Assembly (NCBI GenBank): GCA_016125005.1
Contig: WGMQ01000030.1
Span: forward strand, 101 to 64,100
Length of the DNA stretch: 64,000 nt
Origin: a bacterium
Lineage (GTDB): Bacteria; Sumerlaeota; Sumerlaeia; SLMS01
Reading direction: 5' to 3'
Both the position numbers and the translations under genes were made by a program. Of the stretch, positions 54,369 through 62,355 are shown in pieces. Each line of letters begins with the position of its first letter. The stretch's first letter is position 1. The notes below the pieces were generated by a model. That model had not been told where the DNA came from and searched no databases. It saw only the letters and a list, made by a program, of their open reading frames with translations.

Positions 54369-55298
54369 ATGCCACCTCCCTACCTGAATGCTCATTGTCA
54401 CCTGGAGCTGTCCCACCTGAAGGGACGGCTCCGGGGTGATCGTCCCTTTCCCGAGTGGCTTCAGGACATCGTGCGCCTCAAGATGGCGTCCACCCCGGAG
54501 GAATCCGCCGCCGGGGCCCGGAGCGGGCTCGCTCGCCTGAGGGAAACGGGCACCACGGTGCTCTTCGATATCCTCTCAATGGACACGGCCCACGAGGCGA
54601 TCACCGAGGCGGAAGGGCTGCGCTCGATTCTCTTTCGCGAGGTCGCAGGATTCGCCCCCAACGAGGCTGAGATGCGGCTTGATGCGGCGCTGCTGCGCCA
54701 GGAAGCGCGAGGCGCGCTGCCCCCCGGCGCCTTTCACGGCCTGTCGCCCCATGCACCCTACACGGTGACGCCCGAGCTGTTCCGCCTTGTCGCCGACACG
54801 GCACGCCGACGCGGCCAGTGGCTCTGCATCCACGCCGCCGAGGTGGCGGAGGAGACGGAGATGCTCCGCCACGGCACGGGCCCGATGCACGACTTCCTGC
54901 ACCGCTGGCTGCCGTCGGGTTGGAAGCCGCCGGGACTCCGCCCCATCGAGCTGCTCTACGAGCAATCCTGCCTTGGCCCGGGGACATTGCTGGCCCACTG
55001 CAACGACGTGACTGACAGCGACATCGAGCTGATCCGCCGCACGGAAACCCGCGTGGTGGTGTGCCCGGGCACCCACGTTTACTTCGGGCGTGGGGCGTTT
55101 CCACTCGCGCGGCTGCTTGCGGCGGGAGTGCGATGCTATCTGGGCACTGATTCGCTCGCCTCGAACGAGGACCTGGACATGGCGCGGGAGGTCCGCCTCG
55201 CCTTCGAGCTTTGCGAGAAGCGCATTCCGCTCGAACAACTGGAGGAACTCGCCTCAGCGGGGCGGGCTGTCGACTTTCTGCCGGGCGCCACCACGTAG
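54369..55298 (+). CDS. amidohydrolase-superfamily deaminase-like protein (aminofutalosine / MTA deaminase-like)
   Basis: YLNAHCHLELSHL (HxH), SPHAPYT, IHAAE, LAHC and GTDSLAS give the metal ligands of the amidohydrolase fold in order. Confidence 0.7.
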   Translation: MPPPYLNAHCHLELSHLKGRLRGDRPFPEWLQDIVRLKMASTPEESAAGARSGLARLRETGTTVLFDILSMDTAHEAITEAEGLRSILFREVAGFAPNEAEMRLDAALLRQEARGALPPGAFHGLSPHAPYTVTPELFRLVADTARRRGQWLCIHAAEVAEETEMLRHGTGPMHDFLHRWLPSGWKPPGLRPIELLYEQSCLGPGTLLAHCNDVTDSDIELIRRTETRVVVCPGTHVYFGRGAFPLARLLAAGVRCYLGTDSLASNEDLDMAREVRLAFELCEKRIPLEQLEELASAGRAVDFLPGATT

Positions 55299-56645
55299 CT
55301 GCGTTGCCTTCACGAATCCCGCGATGCGGTCGATGACCGCCTTGCTCACGTGCCCCGGGTCCTTCAGGTCTGCCCGCGGCGTGCCTTCGCCGGGAATCAG
55401 CCAGCGGGAAGCCCCCGGTTCGGTCCTGACCCACAGATTGCGATACGCCTCGGCCAGCCGCTGCCATTCCTCGCGCTGCTGCTCCCCAGCCATGTAGTCG
55501 CGCTGGCCAAAGATCACCAGCACATCGCCGGAGCGCGCGTTGAGCGTGCGCAGTGGACTGATCTCCGCCAGTTCCTGCCACAAGCCAAAGGTGGCATCGT
55601 GGAAGATGTCGCTCGGCCACGTCTGGTGCATCTCGTCCTTGTTGCGAAGCGATTCCAGGTAATCCGGATACTCGGCATCGGCAAGCCCTGCCTCCGCCAG
55701 GAATCGCTGGTGAGCGATCTCGTAGGCGAGATTCGCCTGTGACGGGGGCGACAGCATCACCGAACCACCCATCCAGGTTTCCTCGCGCGCGAGAAGGAAC
55801 GCCGCATGTGCCGCCTCGTCGAAGCCCGCTGTATAGACGCTGGCGGGGTCCGACCAGGGGGCATCTCGCGCCAGGACGGCCAGGGCGCGCGCCTCCCCCA
55901 GCACATGCTTCTCCAGATCGCGGGCTGGCTGGCCGGAGTACGGCCCCATGCGGACCACCGCCACCCCGCGGGTCGCCAACCCCTGGGCCAAATCCCGCAG
56001 CGGCTTGTTACGGCCAAAGGTGCCGTCCACATCCACGGCGCCCTTCCCCGGCAGCAGGATCACGACGGGAACCCGTGCGCCCGCCGGAACGATGGGGCGA
56101 CTCAGGATGATTTCACGGGGCTCGAACTGGAGACGATCCAGTTCCACCGCCTGCTCCTCGAAGAGTGCCCGGTCGATGTAGTCGGCGTCCTTGAAGGGAA
56201 TGGCCGCGGCCAGATCCGTGTCTCGCTGCGGTTCAGGGCGGGTCGTTCGGTTGGCAGTCCACAGGCCTCGAAGCATCCGGGGCTTGGCGGTCGTGTCCCA
56301 CTCCAGCACCAGATCCATGCCGCCCTTCTCCAGGTCCACGGGCACCACAAGCCGCTGGATGCCTGCCGACTCGGATTGAATCCACGGCGCCTGAATGTAG
56401 CGAAGTTTCCCCCCCCGGTCGCTCACGTGGGCCTGCATGTGCTCCAGATCGGCCTTGCCGAGACGGGCCGCGAGGGACGGCGTGAAGTGACGCAGCAGTT
56501 CGTCGTTCCTCCCACCAAGGAACAGGCGCGTGATCGCATCGGCCTCGCGGACGTCCTCCGGCGGCGGGACGCGCCCGGCGGGGTTTGCGGCCAGCAGCGG
56601 GAGACAAAGAACCCACAGCCAGATGGTCCCCAGAAGCGCGCGCAT
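55254..56645 (-). CDS. exported alpha/beta-hydrolase-fold-like protein (nucleophile motif atypical)
   Basis: Start moved to ATG 56645 (MRALLGTIWLWVLCLPLLAANPAG signal peptide). PVVILLPGKGAVDVDG and VYTAGFDEAAH sit where GxSxG would be. The rest of the 685-aa ORF is spurious. Confidence 0.5.
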   Translation of the reverse strand: MRALLGTIWLWVLCLPLLAANPAGRVPPPEDVREADAITRLFLGGRNDELLRHFTPSLAARLGKADLEHMQAHVSDRGGKLRYIQAPWIQSESAGIQRLVVPVDLEKGGMDLVLEWDTTAKPRMLRGLWTANRTTRPEPQRDTDLAAAIPFKDADYIDRALFEEQAVELDRLQFEPREIILSRPIVPAGARVPVVILLPGKGAVDVDGTFGRNKPLRDLAQGLATRGVAVVRMGPYSGQPARDLEKHVLGEARALAVLARDAPWSDPASVYTAGFDEAAHAAFLLAREETWMGGSVMLSPPSQANLAYEIAHQRFLAEAGLADAEYPDYLESLRNKDEMHQTWPSDIFHDATFGLWQELAEISPLRTLNARSGDVLVIFGQRDYMAGEQQREEWQRLAEAYRNLWVRTEPGASRWLIPGEGTPRADLKDPGHVSKAVIDRIAGFVKATQLRGGARQKVDSPPR

Positions 56646-56659
56646 TGGCACGGCGAGCC

Positions 56660-58009
56660 TCAGATCGACTGGGATGGGTCGGAGGGCGCGGGAGTCGGCT
56701 CCGGCTCCGTCTCGGTGATCGCGGGCGGGGCAACGGTGCTGACGCCCGCCGCGCGCGATTCCTCGTCCACGGTGACCGGCGCCGGGAGCGGATCGCTTCC
56801 CGCCTCGATGCGTCCAAGCTGGCGAAGGGCCACAATGGCCGCGTTGCGCGGATCGCGGGATGCGAAGCCCAGGGGGAGGAACTCGGTCGCGTTGAGAGGC
56901 GTGGCCACGGCGGAGGTGAGCAGCTCGCGCGCCTCGCTGTACAGCTCCTTGCGAAGCAGGGACTTCGCCAACAGGGTCCGCGCCATGACCCCCTGCGCCG
57001 TCGTGGCATCGTGCGTCTTCAGGAAGTCGTCGGCCAGTATCTCGACCCGGTCCCACGCCCCTTCCCAAGCAAACGTGTTGATGTAGAAGATCTGGGCGCG
57101 CTCGAGTAGCACGTCCTGGTCCGCCTCCGGCGCCAGCTCGTAAGCTTGGCGAATCTGGCGACGCACCTCGACGAAGGAGGGAGTTTGGTCGCCGCCCTCC
57201 CGAACCAGTTCCACCTGCAGGGCGGCAAGGCGGAGCCGTGCCTCCGTGCGGTAGACGGCGCTGGAAGAGTTGAGCGCGATCGCCCGCGAGGCGGACCATG
57301 CCGCGCGCCAATCGCGCAGGTGGCCGTAGAGGAGGCTCGCGGCCAGTTGCTGGGCGCGCTCCCGGTGTTGCACCGTGGCGGGCCAGACGCCGGATGCCAC
57401 CGTGCAGGAAAGGTACAGCGCGAGATCGGCTTCCGACGCGAGGGCCATGCAGCGCTCCGCCACCAGGACAGCGGTCAGGCCGATGTCGCCGGGCAGATCG
57501 CCTTCCTTCGACAAGGCGGCGACGAGCGCCTCGCCCTGTCCCTGCTCAAGCTGGTTGCTGAGTTCGAGGGCCTTCACGCGCTCGATCATGACATCCGCCG
57601 TGAAGCGGGGATCGGCGGGAAGCTCGAAGGGAGGGAGCAGCGGTCCGTGGAGCACACGGGGAGCCTCGGAACTGGCCGGCACCACGACCACGCGGCCTTC
57701 CGCCACCGATTGCTGCTTCAGCTCGCGGCGCAAGTAATCGGCTTCGGCCACGGTGGACAGCTCCCCCACCAACACGCGGGCAACGCCATCGCTCTGCTCG
57801 ACCCGCACCGGGCCCCATTCCTGGGCCCGGAGCGCCGCCTCGACGCCCTGCGCGAGCGTCGCGCTGGGGAACTCGGCCACGGCAACCGCATACCACCGCG
57901 CCGGACCGCCGGACAGATCGCTGTCTTTCCACTCGGGAGGAAGCGGCGCCGACACGAGCGTCCTTGACAGAAGCAGGTAGCAGGCAACAAAAGTAGAGGC
58001 ACGGAGCAT
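56660..58009 (-). CDS. exported protein with SPOR-like N-domain and helical-repeat C-region
   Basis: ATG 58009 gives the MLRASTFVACYLLLSRTLVSA signal peptide. YAVAVAEFPSATLAQGVEAALRAQEWGPVRVEQSDGVARVLVGELSTVAEADYLRRELK resembles a SPOR fold. TPR-like helices follow. Confidence 0.5.
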   Translation of the reverse strand: MLRASTFVACYLLLSRTLVSAPLPPEWKDSDLSGGPARWYAVAVAEFPSATLAQGVEAALRAQEWGPVRVEQSDGVARVLVGELSTVAEADYLRRELKQQSVAEGRVVVVPASSEAPRVLHGPLLPPFELPADPRFTADVMIERVKALELSNQLEQGQGEALVAALSKEGDLPGDIGLTAVLVAERCMALASEADLALYLSCTVASGVWPATVQHRERAQQLAASLLYGHLRDWRAAWSASRAIALNSSSAVYRTEARLRLAALQVELVREGGDQTPSFVEVRRQIRQAYELAPEADQDVLLERAQIFYINTFAWEGAWDRVEILADDFLKTHDATTAQGVMARTLLAKSLLRKELYSEARELLTSAVATPLNATEFLPLGFASRDPRNAAIVALRQLGRIEAGSDPLPAPVTVDEESRAAGVSTVAPPAITETEPEPTPAPSDPSQSI

Positions 58010-58174
58010 GGGGCAGGACACCTTTCAAGACTCTCCATGAGGGGCGGCGCCAGGGGTTGCCGTCGAGCCGAAAAGGAAAAAAGCGCCGAGGGTCACCTTC
58101 ACCCCTTGACAGGCCCCCGGCTCCTCCGGCTTATACCCCCTCCCTACGACTGTTGTCAGAAAGAGTAGCCTCCG

Positions 58175-58318
58175 ATGAAAAGAACATTCCAACCCAACAC
58201 ACGCCGCCGGGTTAAGAAGCACGGTTTCCGTTCCCGCATGGCCACCAAGAACGGCCGCAAGGTTCTCGCCCGCCGCCGTGCCAAGGGTCGTCATCGCCTC
58301 ACTGTCTCCGACGAGTGA
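58175..58318 (+). CDS. rpmH: 50S ribosomal protein L34
   Basis: It is not in the ORF track (47 aa). ATG 58175 translates to [47 protein letters not shown], which is unmistakably L34. Confidence 0.95.
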   Translation: MKRTFQPNTRRRVKKHGFRSRMATKNGRKVLARRRAKGRHRLTVSDE

Positions 58319-58326
58319 GGTTGGAC

Positions 58327-58701
58327 ATGGCCGACTCCGGTCGATGCCATGACCTGGGATTTAAGCCGGAAAACAAGCTCCGTACGCCAAAAGCGTTCGA
58401 CGGTGTTTTCAAGGAGGGGCGCAAGAAAGTTCGCCCCTCCTTAATTCTGTTTTACAGGCCCGGCATCACGGAAAAGAGCCGCCTCGGCATGGCCGTCTCG
58501 CGCAAGGTCGGCAAGGCCGTGCAACGCAACGTCGTGCGGCGACGGCTGCGCGAACTCGTTCGTACCCACAAGGGCCAATTCACGGGGGTGTGGGACTTGG
58601 TGATTGTCGGAAGGCCGGGAGCGGCGGAGCTCCCCTTTTCGGCCCTGTCATCGGACCTGCTGGGGGCGCTCCGCTCCGCGGGAATTCTACCTGCTGCTTA
58701 A
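58327..58701 (+). CDS. rnpA: ribonuclease P protein component
   Basis: It lies immediately downstream of rpmH. LRTPKAFDGVFKEGRKK and SRLGMAVSRKVGKAVQRNVVRRRLRE carry the RNR-motif region. GTG 58315, overlapping the rpmH stop, is an alternative start. Confidence 0.8.
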   Translation: MADSGRCHDLGFKPENKLRTPKAFDGVFKEGRKKVRPSLILFYRPGITEKSRLGMAVSRKVGKAVQRNVVRRRLRELVRTHKGQFTGVWDLVIVGRPGAAELPFSALSSDLLGALRSAGILPAA

Positions 58702-60014
58702 TACGCCGGGACGATTTCCGTCTCCCGGTAATACTGACTCAGGATCTGGCGGAAGTCCTGACCTGCCTGCGCGCGGGCGATGGCACCCGTCTGGTCCATG
58801 CCGACACCGTGGCCGTAGCCTGCGCCAACGATGCGGAACTCCTCTGGCGCGTTCTGGGGCCCAACGACCTCAAGGTAGAAGCAGGAACTGCGTAGCGGTG
58901 GCTTGAAGAGTCGCCGCAGGGTCAACTCGCGATCCACAGTGAAGCTCCCCTCCGTGCCCACAATCCGGGCCTCGACGATGCGTCCCGAGACACCGCGGCG
59001 GAGCGGCTCGATGGTCAGCACGCGGCCGATGGCATGATCCTTACCCCATTCCTCTGTCAGCTCCGAAACCTTGAAAACCCGCTCCCAACGGAAGTTCTTC
59101 TTCGTCCACTCCGGGAGGTTCGGGTGGAACTGGGGATTGCTGAAAACGTTCGGGCTGCCGTCGATCCAGGCCTTGACTGCTTCTTCGCTGTCAAGCACCG
59201 GCGCCTCAGCCGGATCGCCGTCGAATTGCCCCGACCAATAGGGCGCCGGGCCGGAGCGATCAGGCCAGACGTTCTCCACGTTCTCACTGAAACCGCCCGA
59301 GTTGGACGCGTAGTAGGCACCGATCACCTCGCCCTTGTGAGTCAGCACGAGCTTCGCCGTCTCCCTGACCGCCTGGTCAGACAGGGCACTGCGCTTGGTG
59401 TTTCCGGAATATGCCTGGCACTGCACGTCGGCACAGATGTCGTAGTCCGGCCCGGCGTAGACCCGGGTCTTGAGGGCCTTCACGGTCTCTGAACGGGCCG
59501 CGACAGCCTGGGCCTTCTGGGCTTCAAGAGGAGAGTCCGAGCCGATTTCAGACGGCACCACGCCAAGCAGGTAGGTCTCCAGCGGCAGCACGGCCACGCC
59601 CTGAACCTTGTTTCCCTCCAATGGTCGCAGGTCGATTGGGGCGGCGTACTCGCGTTCCTGCTTGGACTCCCACCACCAACCGACTCCATAGGGAACCTCC
59701 GCGATGTGCAGGGTCGAGGAGGTCTCGGTTGGATTCATTCGCACCGGCGGCACGAGTTCGACGGGAGTCTTCTCGTGCTCGAGGAAGACGAACTTGCCGC
59801 TCTCGGCGCTCACGGCGACTGTACCAGTCACGGGAACGGTTTTCGAGGAAGCATCCGTCAGGTTCCAGCCGCCGGACACCTTCATCTTCACGGTGGGGAT
59901 ATCATCGAAGAGAAGGACGCGGACAAGGGGTTCCTCCGCTGGGGCGGAAGCGGCCATAAGTGAAGAAAAAACAACGATGGATGTAAGTGTGCGCATGTTC
60001 ATGGGGTGGAGCAT
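58698..60014 (-). CDS. SpoIID/LytB-domain protein
   Basis: It has a signal peptide (MRTLTSIVVFSSLMAASAPA). LETYLLGVVPSEIGSDSPLEAQKAQAVAARS, YYASNSGG and GHGVGMDQTGA are present. The true start may be ATG 59996. Confidence 0.8.
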   Translation of the reverse strand: MLHPMNMRTLTSIVVFSSLMAASAPAEEPLVRVLLFDDIPTVKMKVSGGWNLTDASSKTVPVTGTVAVSAESGKFVFLEHEKTPVELVPPVRMNPTETSSTLHIAEVPYGVGWWWESKQEREYAAPIDLRPLEGNKVQGVAVLPLETYLLGVVPSEIGSDSPLEAQKAQAVAARSETVKALKTRVYAGPDYDICADVQCQAYSGNTKRSALSDQAVRETAKLVLTHKGEVIGAYYASNSGGFSENVENVWPDRSGPAPYWSGQFDGDPAEAPVLDSEEAVKAWIDGSPNVFSNPQFHPNLPEWTKKNFRWERVFKVSELTEEWGKDHAIGRVLTIEPLRRGVSGRIVEARIVGTEGSFTVDRELTLRRLFKPPLRSSCFYLEVVGPQNAPEEFRIVGAGYGHGVGMDQTGAIARAQAGQDFRQILSQYYRETEIVPAY

Positions 60015-60109
60015 GACGCGAGGTGGGGCAAAGCCGCAAAGGTAAAAGCAAACCGGGGCGACCTTGCGGTCGCCCCGGCAGAAACTCTTCGCACGTGAGC
60101 GCTAGGAGA

Positions 60110-60478
60110 TTAGGAGGCCTGCGGGAAGGTGTGCCAGAAGGTGCTGTTGGCGGTGCTGCTGGAGAGCGAGCAGGACGGGTCGCCGTTCACGCCACCGATG
60201 GTGTAGCTGCCGGAGGAGGGGCACTTGGGGGACTTGCGGATGTAGGACTCAGCGCCGACGAGGTCGGTCCATGCGGGGGTGGAGTCAACGCCAGCGTTGG
60301 TCTCCAGGGCCCACTGCTGCTTGGCACCGTCGATCTTGCTCTGGTTTTCCTGGCAAGCATTGCGGCGGGAGATTTCACGAGCGCGGAGGAAGCTCGGGAC
60401 GGCGATGGCGATCAGGATGCCGATGATGGCAACCACGATCATGATTTCAACGAGGGTAAAGCCCTTGGCCTGACGCAT
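60110..60478 (-). CDS. prepilin-type N-terminal cleavage/methylation domain protein (type IV pilin / pseudopilin-like)
   Basis: MRQAKGFTLVEIMIVVAIIGILIAIAVPSF is the class III signal peptide with G-1 / F+1 / E+5. AAGGAG lies 8 nt upstream of ATG 60478. Confidence 0.85.
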   Translation of the reverse strand: MRQAKGFTLVEIMIVVAIIGILIAIAVPSFLRAREISRRNACQENQSKIDGAKQQWALETNAGVDSTPAWTDLVGAESYIRKSPKCPSSGSYTIGGVNGDPSCSLSSSTANSTFWHTFPQAS

Positions 60479-60534
60479 TGGTCAAACTCCTTGGTTGAGT
60501 TGCGGGGTGTTCCGCTAAGGTCGGATCTTGTAAA

Positions 60535-60550
60535 TGCACGGGGAATGCCA
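60535..60550 (-). promoter_or_regulatory. sigma54-type -24/-12 promoter candidate for the pilin-like gene
   Basis: The minus strand reads TGGCAT-TCCCC-GTGCA, compared with the consensus TGGCAC-N5-TTGCA. The GG and GC dinucleotides are correctly spaced. It lies about 57 nt upstream of the ATG. Confidence 0.4.
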
Positions 60551-60971
60551 ACTCTTGCAGCTTCGGCACCGTGACAGGGGCCCTGTTAATACATTATTGA
60601 TTCATATAGCCTTAGGGGTCAGCCGGTGAACCAGGAGCGGCGAGATGAGCCTGATGTGTCAACTTCCGTTGCTACTCTCTCAAGTGCCAAGGGTAACGCC
60701 CTTCCCATTCCTTGTCCCTTCATTTTCACAGAATCGATTGGCGACCGCAAATCGCGGCGTATTGGCGGGGCGGACCCTGAGAAGCCGAATGAGGATGGAA
60801 CCGTGCCCGAGCGTGTGACGGGCTGTTCAGGGTGACACCGGCTAGAGAGAAAGGGCGTGTGATGCCCGGTTCTGTGGGACTAACAAGGTGCGCGCTGCGC
60901 ATAATTTCCTTGTCCCGGGGAGTGACGGTCTGAGTTCTAGCCATGTACTACTGAGGGAGAGTCGCGAGACA

Positions 60972-61280
60972 ATGAAACGCCATCGGTCACTAATTCTCGG
61001 AATAGCATCCTTGATCCCGCTGCTGCTGACCACAGGAATGGGGCATGCAGAGATCGCCGAGGCCAATGCAGTTGAGAATGGCTCCGTGGCGCTTTCGGCG
61101 AGTCATACGACACCAAAGGACTCGCCAGAAGCACCTGTCGCGATGGGGGTTGACTCATCGGTCTACCCCCTGAGCGGTTGCGCGCAGGCGGTCCTTTTCC
61201 AAGTGGAGTTCCAAGGCTGCAATCAGGTCACACTATTTTCCGCGGGGACGGGCAATGCGAGCAATTGGATCATTGAGTAA
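60972..61280 (+). CDS. hypothetical small exported protein
   Basis: ATG 60972 gives the MKRHRSLILGIASLIPLLLTTGMGHAE signal peptide. Its end overlaps the next gene by 26 nt. The call is weak. Confidence 0.4.
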   Translation: MKRHRSLILGIASLIPLLLTTGMGHAEIAEANAVENGSVALSASHTTPKDSPEAPVAMGVDSSVYPLSGCAQAVLFQVEFQGCNQVTLFSAGTGNASNWIIE

Positions 61281-62355
61281 TAGACTACTTCTTGCAATCA
61301 GTATGCTGGTCGGCGTTCCGTTCCTGTCCAGCGCACAGGATGGTCGAGGGACGGGCTACCTGAGCCTTGACGGAAGCGGGTACCTCAGTCTTCCAAACTC
61401 CTCGGCTTTGGCTTTTGGCGGCACCGCACCCTTTACCGTGGAATGCTGGGTCCGATCCAGTCAGCGCTCGGAAGTGGACGTGATCGTTTCGCGACTGACA
61501 ACGAATCCGAATCTGGGTAGTTGGGAATTTGCCTACGGTGCGGGTTCCTTGCACTTCAAACGCGAGGTTTCCCCCTTTTGGCTTTATGGGACGAGACTCG
61601 TCCCACTGAACACATTCACCCATGTGGCAGCGGTGTATGACGGATCCAAGATGAAGACGTTCATCAACGGGGTGCAAGATAACGAAACCACCAGCGGGGC
61701 CTCCTCCTCTGCTTCGTCGGTCCCCTTGTTTATCGGAGCCCGGATGGCATCTACGGGCCCCGACCGGCTCTTTACCGGCGGGCTTGACGAGGTTCGTATC
61801 TGGAGCAAGGCATTGTCTGTCGCCGAATTGGGTGCCCTGGTCAACGGCGAGGTTCCCCCCGCGGGGACGGCGAATCTAGAAGCTTATTGGCGGATGGAGA
61901 GCTTTGAAGACCTGTCGGTCGGGACCGCCGGGGTGAACGACATCCGTGATGAGTCGGGGAAAGGGCGACACATCTCTCTGGAAGGCGAAGGGGAGTTGGG
62001 CTCCAACCTCACTCCAGGCGTCTCCATCACCGAGATAACCCAGGGTGGAGCGGGAATCGTAAATGTGGAGTACAAGCTGATTCCATCGGACCCACGCCCG
62101 TCAACAAATCACGCGATTTCCCTCTACGCGATTGCCACAGATCAGGACTGTGAAACCGCACCTACCGACCTTCAACTCTATGACGACATTACCGGCCATC
62201 TTACCGGAGACCTGACGCTGCCGCCTGAGGGTGGGGTTGGGATTCTGACTTGGAGCGTCGGCACGATGCCTGTTGGCGATCTTCGCACCAAGTACTACGC
62301 CGCCAACCGCCCCGTCTTGTTCAGGATCGTAGCAACACCTGTTTCTGCTCCCTGA
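61255..62355 (+). CDS. exported LamG-like (concanavalin A-like lectin/glucanase) domain protein
   Basis: LSLDGSGYLSLPNSSALAFGGTAPFTVECWVRSS, HVAAVYDGSKMKTFINGV and FTGGLDEVRIWSKALS form the typical LamG jelly-roll pattern. Confidence 0.7.
   Translation: MRAIGSLSNRLLLAISMLVGVPFLSSAQDGRGTGYLSLDGSGYLSLPNSSALAFGGTAPFTVECWVRSSQRSEVDVIVSRLTTNPNLGSWEFAYGAGSLHFKREVSPFWLYGTRLVPLNTFTHVAAVYDGSKMKTFINGVQDNETTSGASSSASSVPLFIGARMASTGPDRLFTGGLDEVRIWSKALSVAELGALVNGEVPPAGTANLEAYWRMESFEDLSVGTAGVNDIRDESGKGRHISLEGEGELGSNLTPGVSITEITQGGAGIVNVEYKLIPSDPRPSTNHAISLYAIATDQDCETAPTDLQLYDDITGHLTGDLTLPPEGGVGILTWSVGTMPVGDLRTKYYAANRPVLFRIVATPVSAP

Noticed and set aside
58106-58136. Sigma70-like promoter for rpmH (TTGACA at 58106-58111).
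   Set aside because: The best downstream hexamers (CTTATA, TTATAC, TATACC) are either poor matches or 20 nt away. This is not good enough to annotate without transcription start data.
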